64,000 bases of DNA from Eledone cirrhosa. Its lineage: Eukaryota. A program made the position numbers and the translations under genes. Below the pieces are notes generated by a model that made no database searches, was not told the origin of the DNA, and saw nothing but the letters and a program-made list of their open reading frames with translations. Below are positions 41,089 to 54,809 of this stretch, in pieces (position 1 is the stretch's first letter; each line of letters opens with the position of its first letter). The stretch is taken from positions 36,580,001 to 36,644,000 of the forward strand of contig OZ024743.1 of the NCBI GenBank assembly GCA_964016885.1. The letters run 5' to 3'.

Positions 41089-44000
41089 GTAGGAGGTAAG
41101 TTTTATTGTAGTACAATAAAGCAATGCAGATATCGGATAAGTAGCACTCTACAGTTTGTAGGACTGGAGTATAAATAATATATAAGATCAAAAGATGGTT
41201 AAAAAAGTTCCATGTATTTTATTATGCGCATTTCAAAAACAAATATCATCATGCGATGACATTTGCGTTTTCGTCAGATAAAATAGGGAGACATGATATG
41301 AAGGTTAACAAACACTTGTGAATAGTGCAGTTTTAAATCAACATATGAAAAGTAGTTTTAGATTGATGTGTGATATTTGGAAAAAATTGAGGGGGGGGGG
41401 GCTTGAAAGGATGACAAAGAGGAGGTGATGAGGGTAAAGAATGGAGGGGGGAGTATAATAAGGAAGGATGAAATAGGAGGAGAGATGGGTGATAGAGAGA
41501 GAGACATAGTTTTTATAACTGAGAAAAATATATTGTTTTACAGAGAGAGGTTAAAAAACCGCTGGAAGATAATATATAAATCAAAAGAATTTGAAAATTG
41601 ACGAAGAGAAAAATTTAAGAATAATGTTAAATTAAGGTTTGAATATTGAAGGGTTTAATAATATGTGCGATCGAAAGAAATTGTTGATATGTATTATTAA
41701 AAAAAAATATATATATATATATATAAATAGTGATGTAATTAAGGATATATTGTGAAAAGAAGTAGAAGAGTGGATGAATTTGTGTAATATGTAGAAGTTA
41801 GATGAGCATGAAAGGGATAAAAAAATAATGAATTGAGGATGAATAATCTAACTTAAAAAAAATGTTTATGTTTACGAAGGATTTTTCAAGGTGATATTAT
41901 AAAGTATTTAAAAGGGTATTAGTAAATGTTATGACCAGTGATAGGATGGAAGAAGGAAGAGTGGATATATTGTGGTGAGTAATAATGAGAATTGAGAAGT
42001 ATCTAGGAAGAAAAGATACAGATTAGAGGTTAGAAATTAAAAGAAAAAAGGGAAAAAAGAAAGAAAGGGGAGTGATAAATAGGAGTGATATAGAATGAGT
42101 AACTAGTATTATATAATGTATAATAAATAACATTGAAATAAGGTAGAAATATGGGTATATTTTTAAAGAAATATATATCTATATATATATGTGCCTTTGA
42201 GAAAGAGGATTTTAAATTGGTAAAGTATTAGATATTAGCTGTATACTTTATGGAATGTTCTGTGGAATTTATGCAAGCAGAGAGAAAACAAGTCAGTGCG
42301 TCTATTTATTATAGAATCTAAATTAGATATAATGGTAAATTTCTCACATAAACAGAGATTACATGTCTTGGATAGAGAATCATTCAAGTATGGAGAAGCA
42401 GAAAAAACCTTCCTCCAAGAGATGTTATAGTTAATATTTTTGTCTTTCAAGGACCATATGAGTTCTGAGAGTGCCGTGTTGGTTCTTTTAAGTTGGTATT
42501 TAAAAGACGAATGATGATTATAAAGACGAGCTTTAAAGGAGGTGGAAGTGGAGCTAAAATATGTTGATTTAAAACTGCACTATTCACAAGTGTTTTTTAA
42601 CCTTCATATGATGTCTCCCTATTTTATCTGATGAAAACGCAAATGGCATCGCATGATGATATTTGTTTTTGAAATGCGCATAATAAAATACATGGAACTT
42701 TTTTGACCATCTTTTGATCTTATATATTATTTATACTCCAGTCCTATAAACTGTAGAGTGCTACTTATCCGATATCTGCATTGCTTTATTGTACTACAAT
42801 AAAACTCACCTCCTACATTAACTTGCTCCTTAACGGTTGAGCGCTAACTCTCATATTGGATACCTTTTGATGGTATGGTCCTTCACCTTTTCTTCTACAA
42901 CATGGATTATTACAACATAACAACTTCAACTAAAGACATTCCTATACCTGGTAAATCTGAATTCATCAAACTTCTAATTGAAAAAACTGACTCCTTTATG
43001 AGAAGGCTTAGATGGATAGCTTTTTTCTATGACCAGCGCCTAAAAGGGAACTTCTATACCAAGGAACATAACTTTCTCGATCATTTATTTAATTCTAGAA
43101 CAAATCCTCCTTCCAACAAAAATCTAGTGCAATTCGAGGAGGAGTTAACTAACATTATTAAAAATCTTAAATTCAAGAGAAACCCTTACAGAGGACAAGA
43201 GCACGTTGTAAATCTCAAGAACACGATTTCAAACCTAAATTCCTCAAAATATGTTTTAGTCCACTCCGACAAAACAAATAATTTATATGGTATTTCTAAG
43301 GATAACTATAACAACCTTATCCTAAAGGAACTTAGGAAAAAATATCGCAAAACCAACCATGATAATTTAGAATCCATAAACTTTGAAGCTTCTGAGATTA
43401 TGTCAAAACTTGGCATCGGAAAAAAGACCGAACCATTCCTACCAAGAACTCCGAGGATAAATCTCAAGGATCACAAAAACAACTTTCGTACTGAACTACC
43501 TGTTAGACTAATCGCCCCCTCTAAATCAGATCTGGGGGTTGTTAGCAAAGCCATCTTGGATAGAATTATCCCACAGTTTCGTTCTAATTGCTCTACTTCG
43601 AACTTAAATTTATGGTTTGGTACTTCTGAAGTGATTAGCTGGTTCAACAAATTGAATAAGAAAAACAAAATGTATTTTATTATGCGCATTTCAAAAACAA
43701 ATATCATCATGCGATGCCATTTGCGTTTTCATCAGATAAAATAGGGAGACATCATATGAAGGTTAAAAACACTTGTGAATAGTGCAGTTTTAAATCAACA
43801 TATTTTAGCTCCACTTCCACCTCCTTTAAAGCTCGTCTTTATAATCATCATTCTTCTTTTAAATACCAACTTAAAAGAACCAACACGGCACTCTCAGAAC
43901 TCATATGGTCCTTGAAAGACAAAAATATTAACTATAACATCTCTTGGAGGAAGGTTTTTTCTGCTTCTCCATACTTGAATGATTCTCTATCCAAGACATG

Positions 44001-45250
44001 TAATCTCAGTTTATGTGAGAAATTTACCATTATATCTAATTTAGATTCTATAATAAATAGACGCACTGACTTGTTTTCTCTCTGCTTGCATAAATTCCAC
44101 AGAACATTCCATAAAGTATACAGCTAATATCTAATACTTTACTAATTTAAAATCCTCTTTCTCAAAGGCACATATATATATAGATATATATTTCTTTAAA
44201 AATATACCAAACTTTCTACCTTATTTCAATGTTATTTATTATACATTATATAATACTAGTTACTCATTCTATATCACTCCTATTTATCACTTCCCTTTCT
44301 TTTTTTTCTTTTTTCTTTTAATGTTTAACCTCTAATCTGTATCTTTTCTTCCTAGATACTTCTCAATTCTCATTATTACTCACCACAATATATCCACTCT
44401 TCCTTCTTCCATCCTATCACTGGCCATAAAATTTACTAATACCCTTTTAAATACTTTATAATATCACCTTGAAAAATCCTTCGTAACCATAAACATTTTT
44501 TTAAAGTTAGATTATTCATCCTCAATTCATTATTTTTTTCTCCTTTTCATGCTCATCTAACTTCTACATATTACACATATTCATCCACTCTTCTACTTCT
44601 TTTCACAATATATCCTTAATTACATTACTATTTTTATTTATTTATTTTTTTTTTTTTAATAATACATATCAACAATTTCTTTCCATCGCACATATTATTA
44701 AACACTTCAATATTCAAACCTTAACTTAATATTATTCTTAATACATATTAACAATTTCTCTTCATCGCACATATTATTAAACCCTTCAATATACAAACCT
44801 TAATTTAACATTATTCTTAAATTTTTCTCTTCGTTAATTTTCAAATTCTTTTAATTTATATATTATCTTCCAACGGTTTTTTAACCTTTCTCTGTAAAAC
44901 AATATATTTTTCTCAGTTATAAAAGCTATCTCTCTCTCTCTATCACCCATCTCTCCTCCTATCTCATCCTTCCTTATTATACTCCTCGCCCTCCATTCTT
45001 TTCTCTCATCTCCTCCTCTTTTTCATCCTTTCCACCCCCCACTCAATTTTTTCCCAATATCATACATCAATCTAAAACTACTTTTCATATGTTGATTTAA
45101 AACTGCACTATTCACAACTGTTTTTTAAACTTCATATCATGTCTCCCTATTTTATCTGACGAAAACGCAAATGTCAACGCATGATGATATTTGTTTTTGA
45201 AATGCGCATAATAAAATACATGGAACTCTTTTAACCATCTTTTGATCTTA
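41089..45250. mobile_element. Rearranged Penelope-like element forming a large inverted repeat, with four HHRs
   Basis: PLE N-terminal ORF 42875-43744 (STKDIPIP..RRLRW..SDKTNNLY..LKDHKNNF..PVRLIAP); GIY-YIG tail on both strands (42235-42560 -, 43800-44127 +); HHRs at 41214-41285 -, 42620-42690 +, 43673-43743 -, 45148-45218 +. Confidence 0.88.
42620..42690 (+). ncRNA. type-I hammerhead ribozyme
   Basis: tattttat-CTGATGA-aaac..long stem II..tttt-GAAA-tgcgcat-a-ataaaata; 8-bp stem I, palindromic ATGCGCAT. Confidence 0.88.
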
Positions 45251-45259
45251 TATATATAT

Positions 45260-47350
45260 ATATAACGGCGATGAATTAGTTTTGCGAGGTTTTTGATATG
45301 AAATCGTGTGTCGAAACAAATATTGTTATACTTACGGAGGGTCATATTTGTGTAATATTGCCAGAATTAATAACAGAACACACTCACTGTTTGGTTGGTT
45401 TTCGCTTTTCGCTTCTGGGTCTTTTATATCGGTAATCTAATTTATTCGGTCCTCAATGTTGCCATTGACTGACCAACGGTCAAAAATAATACAGATACAA
45501 TATAGACACAAACACATATATATAGTTTATCAAAGTTCTTTCGTTACACATCTGCAACATCGTCAGTGGTGCTATTGTTTCCTCCCGTTGCATTGTATTT
45601 TCTACGCCATCTTTATTTAGTCTGTTTATATATGTATTTATTTGTTTATTTTATTTTGTCTTCTTTGCGCATGCGTTTGCGTGTGTGTATAGTGTTTTGT
45701 TTGATGTGTGTTCGTGATTGGGTGACTGTGTATTGGTTAATGTATTCTATCTTTACTAGTGTGTGTTTATATGTGTTTGTTGTTATTGTGCTTGTGTATG
45801 TATTTATTTATTTATTTATTTATCTATTTATTTATTTATACTTCTCTTAGGTCAGTGTTGTTTGTTTGGGTGTTGTTGTTATACCATTCATTCTTTCTGT
45901 TTAGCCTTGGCCTTCTAAGTTCTATTTCACTGGCCTCTCTGATTTGCCTATCTGCTGGGTCATTTCTATGTTTAGATATTATTCTAATTTCTATGTTGTC
46001 TATGTTACGGTCGTGTTGTTGTCTGGCATGTTCGTATAGTACTGAACCGTTTTTTCGTCCTTTTAGTTCCCCCCAGTGTTGGTCTATCCTTTCACCTATG
46101 CTACGAGCTGTCTCGCCTATGTATGTTGTTGTCATGTTTCTGCAAGTACCCTCTGTACATCTTATGCTATAGACTACATTTCTAGTTTTACAGTTTATCC
46201 GGGGGTTTACTTTACATATGATACATTTCCTATTAGTACAGTGGGTTTTCTTAAAAGGGTAGGTTTTGCTGATCAGGGATTTTATGGTGGTTCCTGGCTT
46301 TTCTACCACCTTAATCTTTAAGTGGGTCTTTCTCAGGGCCTTTCTACACTGGTTAGCTAATTTCCCTCCAGGGGTAGCGTCCACAAACATAACACTCTGG
46401 TATCTCTGGTTGTCGTACCATGAGGTGGCCTTTCCTATCTTATGTCTAGCCCTATCTAAGCTATTCCGTGATTTGCACCTGTATAACGGGCAAATTCCTT
46501 TCATGTCCAGTTCTATGAGGGTCTTATACTTCTCCGTGGCTCCTTCGTATACTCTGATTATGTCTCTTTGGTTGTAGCCAGAGAACTGCATGCGGTTGAT
46601 GAAGTGTTGGATGTGTCTTTCCATTTCTGTTGGGTCGCACATGCGGGACACGTTCTTCATCACTCGTACCAAGTCTGCGATCAGAATATTAAACTTAGCA
46701 CTACTGGACATTGCTGAGTTTTTGAGTATCATGTATTTGGAGGCCATGGGTTTAGCATAGTGTGAGTGGAGAATTTGGGCTCTCTCGTCTATAGCGTTAA
46801 TCCAGAGTTCCGTGTCTAATACAGGTAGTCTATTGTTAGGGTGTTTGGAAGGGAAGTCGATAGTTACAGATATACTCTGGTGTATGGAATTAGCTATCTG
46901 CTGGATGCTTTCCATTGTGCTACGTTCTAAATCAAACTTGTTAGTGCTGTCTAGTGGGGATGTTCTTATAACTATATTGATATCGTCTACGTAACGAGAG
47001 TACATGATGAGGTCTATGGATCTCTCATCAAGGAGATCTTTGAATCTCCTTTCCCACCATACCATAAAAAGGTTGGCAACATCACCAGCTATGCTGACGT
47101 CAATGGCTGCTCCCTCATTTTGGGTGTAGATCTTCTCGTTGAACTTGAATATGTGGCCCTTTAGGGTAGTTTTGATACTAGCCCCTATTGCATGTGCGAC
47201 CATTTTTCTCACCTGATCATTGTTTTGGGGGGTCCGTATAGCTTTGGTCCACCCAATCCACCTTCCCATGGGAGTCTTTTTAGCCATTGAGGTTATGGTG
47301 GGAGGTCTACCTCTTATGGGTCTACTGGGGCAGAAACGTCTAAGGTCATG
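45260..47350 (-). mobile_element. 5'-truncated Penelope-like element
   Basis: RT plus GIY-YIG ORF followed by a pLTR with HHR at 45528-45571. Confidence 0.9.
45836..47287 (-). CDS. PLE reverse transcriptase and GIY-YIG endonuclease, partial (483 aa)
   Basis: YTQNEGAAI, YSRYVDDI, LPVLDTEL; NVVYSIRC..YIGETARSIGERIDQH..EH..REA..PRLN. Confidence 0.9.
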   Translation of the reverse strand: MAKKTPMGRWIGWTKAIRTPQNNDQVRKMVAHAIGASIKTTLKGHIFKFNEKIYTQNEGAAIDVSIAGDVANLFMVWWERRFKDLLDERSIDLIMYSRYVDDINIVIRTSPLDSTNKFDLERSTMESIQQIANSIHQSISVTIDFPSKHPNNRLPVLDTELWINAIDERAQILHSHYAKPMASKYMILKNSAMSSSAKFNILIADLVRVMKNVSRMCDPTEMERHIQHFINRMQFSGYNQRDIIRVYEGATEKYKTLIELDMKGICPLYRCKSRNSLDRARHKIGKATSWYDNQRYQSVMFVDATPGGKLANQCRKALRKTHLKIKVVEKPGTTIKSLISKTYPFKKTHCTNRKCIICKVNPRINCKTRNVVYSIRCTEGTCRNMTTTYIGETARSIGERIDQHWGELKGRKNGSVLYEHARQQHDRNIDNIEIRIISKHRNDPADRQIREASEIELRRPRLNRKNEWYNNNTQTNNTDLREV

Positions 47351-47420
47351 GCTGTCTAGGTAGTCAATGTCGTAGGTAAGTCTAAGTAGGAGGCCCGGTT
47401 CGTCTGTGTCGACGTCGCAG

Positions 47421-47454
<34 letters not shown>

Positions 47455-47636
47455 CGAAGGAAATGGGGTAAGGAACCAGATGGACCATGACGCACCAGAG
47501 TACTCAATACTTAGGGTAGTAGAGTGGGTAATAGGAAAAGGTACGACCCCGACAGCAGAGGTCAAGCCGTTTCGACGGCTATTTCTGAAATAGCCGTCGA
47601 AACGGCTTGAGCTCTGCCGTCGGGGTCATACCTTTT

Positions 47637-47722
<86 letters not shown>

Positions 47723-47765
47723 GTGACGAAACATAAGTCAATTGCATGAACTCATAATCCTTTAT

Positions 47766-47822
47766 TTACTGATATATATATTTCGATGATAGCCATTGAA
47801 TGGCTATGACCTCATCAGGTAG
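47766..47822 (-). ncRNA. hammerhead ribozyme, related to 13752-13806
   Basis: CTGATGA-..atagcca/tggctat..-GAAA-tatatatat. Confidence 0.7.
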
Positions 47823-47887
47823 TTAGTCAGTTCTTAGATATGCCAGCTCTGTGTTTATAGTGTTGATGGTATCAGAGCCTTGGGACA

Positions 47888-47959
<72 letters not shown>

Positions 47960-47962
<3 letters not shown>

Positions 47963-48270
47963 CGTTTCTGAATTTGTTTAGCAAGATTCTTTATCTGAAA
48001 ACGTGTGTTGAAACCGATATTGTTATACTTTGGGAGGGTCATGTTGCCAATAAGAAACACACGCACCATGCTTTCACTTCAATTTATTATAATAAATTTA
48101 TCAATTTAGGAATTTATAAATTTCCGGTTGGTTGGTTGGTTCCACAACCAGATGGTTGTTTATATATTGTCAAAGTTCTTTCGTCACACATTCTGTGACC
48201 TCTTCAGTGACTGGGGCTTATTTTCTTTGTTTTTGTGCCTCTCCTTTGTTCTGTCCTACGCCATCTTGAA
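47960..48270 (-). mobile_element. pLTR-like repeat with HHR at 48168-48212
   Basis: Copy of 1875-2200. Confidence 0.75.
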
Positions 48271-48309
48271 CTAAGCAGTTGTGCTGGCTTAGTTCGGATC
48301 TAATGTATA

Positions 48310-49715
48310 TATATATTAACAAAATAGATATTCTTGTGATCAAGTATATTTTATTATACATATTTCATCGGTACTGAGTTAAGTTAAACAGTACGTCCTC
48401 ATCAGATAAAATAAGATGATGAATGACATACCCTGACATAGTAGATGGTTAAGATTCAGTCATGGTAGTATTTATATACCTTAATATTGATATACCTTAA
48501 TATTTATATACCTTAATATTGAGAACATGAGAAAAATATATAAAACATACAATAGAGAGGGTGCGTGTAATACAGCTTAAAAAATACATGGCATCAATAT
48601 AACTGTTAAAACATTTAAATTACTGTAGAAAGAGGAAAGAAAGGAAAGCATAGAGGAAGAAACAGCTTATGGGATAATATAGTTAGTAGGTGCCTCGAAA
48701 GACAACAGAGAGATGATTAAAGAGAGAGAGAGAGACAAAGGGGAATAATTTATGTTCAAGTTTATAGACAATTATCCATATATACAATATATATCTAAAC
48801 TTATTTGGTTGACCGTTAATATTCAAAATATTTAATTTAAGTTAGTTCAGAGTAATGAATAATATTTTAGGTTTTAAAAGTTAATAGGTATCTGAATTAA
48901 TATTATATTATACTATCAAGTTTAATTTCTAAAATTCAAATTTTATGAAATCAAATTTAAAGGATTTACAAACACGAGAAAGAAAATATAATATTTTTAT
49001 AACCTCACGAAGGTAATCTTTACTAACATTATTTATAATATTGACAACAGTTTATATAATATAATTTATAAAATAATTACAGTTATAATTATTAAAGAAT
49101 TTATGATTAACAATTTGAGTGCCTAAAGGATCAACAGGCCTTATAATTAAATTTAAAGAAGTCTGAATTTTAAATTACATATATGTGTTAATCAAAAAAT
49201 ATACAAGGATTATATTGTCTAAAGATTTAAGGTGATACCTTTCAACTATACATAACATAATACAATAATACAATATAGTAAATAAGTTACTGAAAATATT
49301 GTTAGAAAAATTGTTAAAAATTAATGTTTTATATCAATTATTGTAAAAGGATCATTTAGTTGATATATACTATACATTTATAAGTCAAAACTACATGAGT
49401 CCTAAGGATAAGGGCTAGATACAAAATAAATATAAAAATAAAAAGTGAAAAATAATGAATTGTTTGCGAAACTTAAAAATGACCAATATTAAAAATATAG
49501 TTTAAAATGTAATAGGGTTTTAATATAAAGTAGACAAAAGATACTTCTAAAATGTCCAGCGAATGTGATGACTGAATCTTAACCATCTACTATGTCAGGG
49601 TATGTCATGCATCATCTTATTTTATCTGATGAGGACGTACTGTTGAATCTAACTCAGTGCCTCTGAAATATGTATAATATAATATACTTGATCACAAGAA
49701 TATCTATTTTGTTAA
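48310..49715. mobile_element. Non-coding element bounded by inverted HHR-bearing repeats
   Basis: 48310-48465 is inverted at 49570-49715; HHRs at 48345-48413 - and 49618-49684 +. Confidence 0.75.
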
Positions 49716-49984
49716 TATTTTGAATTAATATTAATAATTCTGGAAAACCATTCTGTTGAGTGCTTTCAATATATTGTAAAACTCATTCTTTGATTTATTC
49801 ATTGAACCTTGTTTAACTTTTAAATATATATCGCCTGGGAACTTAGCTGAGAATTGACTGCCTGATGACGAAAGGCATTCTCCATGTTGTTCCATTCGGA
49901 AACCATGTTTATTCCCTTTCAGAAACTAATTAGTTGGAGTGAAATTTTAGTAAGTTAATTTTTATAATTTTTTTATTTTACGTC

Positions 49985-50083
<99 letters not shown>

Positions 50084-50643
50084 CCGTATTTAGATAAATA
50101 ATGTTATTTATCTAAAAGCGGAAATAGGAAAATTACCGGAAATATATGGTGTTATTGGTCGTTCCAGTTCTTATGGAAGTACATAACGGACAGTATTATT
50201 CAATTGTCTGATGCAATAACTATTATTACCACTTAATGACTGGTGATAACGCTGTAGGCATTGTAACAGTCCAATTCATGGCTACCATAGATTTTTTTTG
50301 TTCCTTTTAATTGTGTTTTTGTATAAACAGCTTTGTAAAATAAAACAACTTACTGAGATTGATATACCAATAAAAGAAATAATAAAATAGCGAGTGATTG
50401 AATATGTACATGATCGAATGAGTGAGTTGGGAAGAGTAAGATGAAGAGAAAGAGGGGTATAAAATAGAGTGATAGTAAATAGAAAAGGTGGACGAGGTGA
50501 AAGGAAAAGATGTATAAAAGTTGCAAGGAAAGCTGGTTAAGATCAGATAAAAAATAAAGGGAGGTGGGGAAAGAAAAGAGGGGGAGAGACACATATATAG
50601 AGAGAGGGGAAGAAAGAGATTAAGAGAGAGGAAGATAGAGAAT

Positions 50644-50734
<91 letters not shown>

Positions 50735-50900
50735 AGAGAAGGAGAGGGTGTGAAATAAAGAGGAGATAAATTACATACAAAAGGTTAGCCAGAAAGGATG
50801 AGAGGACTACTTAAAGAAATGAAGGTGAAAAACGAGGAAATTGACCAATTGTGAAATAGAGAAGAAAGAGAAAGAAGGAGAGAGAGAGAGAGAGAGAGAG

Positions 50901-50972
<72 letters not shown>
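50644..50972 (+). repeat. (GA)n and (GT)n microsatellites
   Basis: Directly visible; representative of dozens of SSR tracts across the window. Confidence 0.95.
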
Positions 50973-50977
<5 letters not shown>

Positions 50978-51005
50978 CAAAAGGACATAAAAAGCCATCG
51001 TATAT

Positions 51006-51326
51006 TTGTCTACGGGTGCGTGTATAAGTATTGCCTATTCTGCGACTAACCCAGGTTCTGCTGCACGTCGGGCTGAGGAGGCCAAACTCTTCAAATACCG
51101 GTCGCTCTCCGACAGGTTTGCGGTTGTACCGTTGGCAATGGAGACTTCTGGTGTCCTCAGTCCTAGAGCTACCTTCTTACTCACCACCATAGGCGCTGGG
51201 CTGGCCAGCCGCAGGTGTGAGCCTCGCGAGCTGGAATGGCTTTTCCAGCGCGTCTCCTTTGCCGTCCTCCGGAGAAACGCCTTCTCCATTCTGTCCGCCG
51301 GAGCTGTGGGGAGGCCACCAATATGA
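51006..51326 (+). mobile_element. Early-branching non-LTR fragment (RLE domain, CRE-like)
   Basis: AEEAKLFKY..VVPLAMETSG..LFQRVSFAVLRRNA, typical restriction-like endonuclease C-terminus. Confidence 0.75.
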
Positions 51327-51799
51327 TTGACTGACTTGTCATTTTATCAGTCAGTGTAGATTATTATAGGGATTTTGCCTTATAGTATTAAACTTTGAAC
51401 TTAGTTTTTGTTTTCTCTGTTATAATATTTATAGTAGACTTAAAAAAATATTAACACCAAAGTATTGCCTATATAGAAAGAGTACTTTAGAATGTATACA
51501 GTTTGCCATGTATTTTGTACAATATAGTGCATATATATTTACTTCTAAGATTACATATTGATGGCCCTTTCTTTGGTGATTACAACCATACATTCAGGCA
51601 ATATATATCCTCTTGTCCTTTGCCCATTTGTTGCAGTACCTTGTGCACTAGAACCAGTTATATCGATCTTAAACCAACGAAAGAACCTATCTCTAGCGAT
51701 CGACTGATGTGTTGGGACTGTCTGTAGTCATTCGTTTTTTTTGTTTTTGTCGTCTTCGCTCATACATTTTTTTTTTGTATGATTTTAGCAACGAAGGAC

Positions 51800-52685
51800 T
51801 CTTCTTCTTCTTCTTCTTCTTCTTCTTCTTCTTCTTCTTCTTCTTCTTCTTCTTCTTCTTCTTCTTCTTCGTCGTCGTCGTCGTCGCCCACTTATTCCTG
51901 AGAGAGTCGTGGGGGCAGAGTACTCAAACACTCATTCCAGTGGTCCTACCAGAAGCAACCGTCTCCAACTGATCCGACTGGATTCTCATTCGTGACTAGC
52001 CAAGCTCATAGATGTTATCTAGCCATCTCGCTCGGGATGTACCCCTGGGCCTCCTGCCGGTTGGTTTTGCCCGCAAAATCTGTTCAAAATTTGCCCTTAT
52101 ATAAGGCATTTTATCTACCACTACCGATTGTACCACATGACCATCATTACGACTCCAGTTTTAGAAATTTCATGCATCGATAAGAAATTATCATTTCATG
52201 ACATCTTAAAACATCTGAGCATATATCTTCTTCTTCTCGCCCACTTATTCCTGAGAGGGTCGTGGGTGCAGAGTCCTCAAACACTCCTTCCAGCGGGTCC
52301 TGTCAGAAGCAACCGTCTCCAACTTATCTGGCTGGATCCCCAAGCAAGACCAGCCAAGCTCATGAATGTTATTCAACCATCTTGTTCGGGGTCTACCCCT
52401 AGGTCTCTTGCCGGTTGGTTTTGCCCGTAAAATCTGTCCAGCAATTCTTTCCTGAGACATTCTAACCACATGCCCATAGTCTTGGAACTGTGATCTCTCA
52501 AATCAGAGAAGTAGCGGCTCTGCCTGAAGTGACTCTCTCATCTCCGAGTTACGCACTCTATCAAGTAACGTTACTCCAAAGACCCTTCTTAAGTACCCTA
52601 TTTCGGCTGCTTGTATTCGCGATCGTATTCTTTCGGTCATTACCTAAGATTCAAGACCATAGGTAAGGGCTGGGATGAATACCAC
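51800..52685 (-). mobile_element. Two RTE 3' fragments, family of 12345-12900
   Basis: (TTC)n tail at 51800-51870; KPTGKRPRGRPRTRW; fragments at 51800-52085 and 52227-52685. Confidence 0.85.
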
Positions 52686-53184
52686 GCGGGACTCATTTTT
52701 CAAATTGATATGTTTTATTTTACACTATCCGCGTTCCTCTGTCTTTTTCTCACTTAGTCTCCTCTTCCTCTCTCTCTCCCCCCTACCCCCTCTCTTTCTC
52801 ACCCTCTCTCTGCTCGCTGTGTCTGTATTTTCAGGACAATAAAATATTTTTATTACCGCTTGTACATTCCCTATCTCTTCCACTTTCTCTTTTTACCTAG
52901 CTAATCATTATGATGGGCCTTGTCGATATCTCTTCTTTTCAGTTTCAACACACCTTTATCTTGTTTCTAAAATAGTCGAGAGACTAATCGTCTTGTCCTT
53001 TGTCCATTTGTTGCAGTACCTTGTGCACTAGATCCAGTTGTATCAATCTTAAAGCAACGAAACAACGTATCTCTAACGAACAACTGAGGAGTTGAAACTG
53101 TCTGTGTTCATTCTTCGCCCCATATATGTTATATATGTATACATATATAAAGAGAGAGAGAGAGAGAGAAATACACACACACAT

Positions 53185-53251
<67 letters not shown>

Positions 53252-53609
53252 TAAATTTAGTCCTTCATCAGTGATCTTCCAACCTTCATTGGTATTTCAT
53301 CGCTTTAAAGACCATATACCTCCGGTTGGTGCGAGCAACGGCTAAAGAAAGTCGTTGGGACACGTAAATAAGGGGAACGAGCGAGACAGTAAACAATCAA
53401 AGATGGTAATGCAACGAAAAGTGAGGAAGAAGGAGTCAAGTCCCTGAAATTGATGAACATAAGTTCTGTGAAATCGTGGACGAGAGAGAATAAAGACCAT
53501 CAAACCTGGTCGAAATGTGAGCAAGGAAAGAATTTTGCACAGGTCAAACGGGAGGAAGAAGGAGTCAAGTCCCTGAAATCGAGAGAGAGGGTGGGGGGGG
53601 GGGGGGTTC

Positions 53610-54300
53610 AGCCAGTATTGGCCCAGGCCATGTCTAACTTAATAGCATTATCTAGCGAAGTCTTTCAGACCATGATTTATAACTCAGTCTTGTTTTGAAC
53701 ACCGTGGCTCACACCAGTAAAGAGTTATTGCTTCTTGAGACACATGCGAAATTTGTTGAAGGAATTTTTTCAAAGACCTTTCAATTTTTATGGGATCAGT
53801 TTCTCTTACGAAGTGTTTTTGTATGATATTTAAGAGAGCAGGACCCGTTGTGGTGAAATAGTTGTGTCGTAACCTTGTTATATGATGCGAGGTCGCTTTT
53901 TTTAGTGGGCGGATAGCAAGGGGATCAAGCTGTGGGTGTATTTTAAAGTTGATGCCAACATCATTTGGGCAATGTTGATGGAATATTTTCCACATCATAC
54001 AAATGATATAGCGTTGGAGAGAATACAATTTGAGATTTTCGAGTTGACCCCAATAAACAAGGTATGTAATTGACCTCTGGGGTGCTTCAGTTTTCATAAT
54101 ACTTTCTTTCGTATGAGGACAACAGTATTCAAGGTGGGGCGGGCAAAGGTAGAGAAGAAGAGGAGGATAATGGTGCAAATATCTCGAGAATGAAAAGTTC
54201 TAAGAATCCAATAATATATCCTGCATGTCAGGTCAACTTTGTTGTTTATGTTGATAATCGACAATTACTCCAACATCTGCGATGCTGTTGGATGCCATGA
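53610..54300 (-). mobile_element. CR1/L2-group LINE 3' fragment, decayed
   Basis: PHLEYCC..LKLYSLQR; homologous to 61090-61810. Confidence 0.75.
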
Positions 54301-54581
54301 AGAGAATATGGTAACTTAAGATACATCCTCTTTAACAAAGAGGATGTATCTTCTTTCAGTGGCATATTTCTTTCTCGCACATTCGTAAAACCGCAAGCAA
54401 ATACGATTGAAGGCTTGGAATCATCTGCGAAGCCTCCTTATTTTAGGTGTGCTTGATGACGTTTGTAATTTGGTTGTTGTTTCTTATTTTTGATACAGTT
54501 GAATTAGCTATATTTCCTGCTTTGTTGGGTGTGGTAGAAGAATGCCATAGTCTAAGAACCAAATTGTATTTTTATAAAGAA

Positions 54582-54720
54582 CTAGACAACCCGTGACCCG
54601 TTGGGTCAATCATTTCAAAATATTTTTTTTAAAATCATGTTCACATAAAAATAATTTTTAAATAATTAAAATATACACAGACATGTATATAATGTGAAAT
54701 AAAACTGGAAGGCCCATAGA
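54582..54720 (-). mobile_element. Putative mini-Helitron
   Basis: Minus strand starts TC, has a GACCCAACGGGTC hairpin and ends CTAG|T. Confidence 0.45.
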
Positions 54721-54809
54721 TATACGTGTGCGTATGTATATATATAAATGTGCGTGTTTGTATACATATATATATGTGTGTGTGTGTATATATATACATA
54801 TGTGTGTGT

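Noticed and set aside
49858-49910. HHR-like core, with a relative at 5210-5255
   Set aside because: Stem I does not close and GAAA is mutated in the other copy; treated as a remnant and not counted
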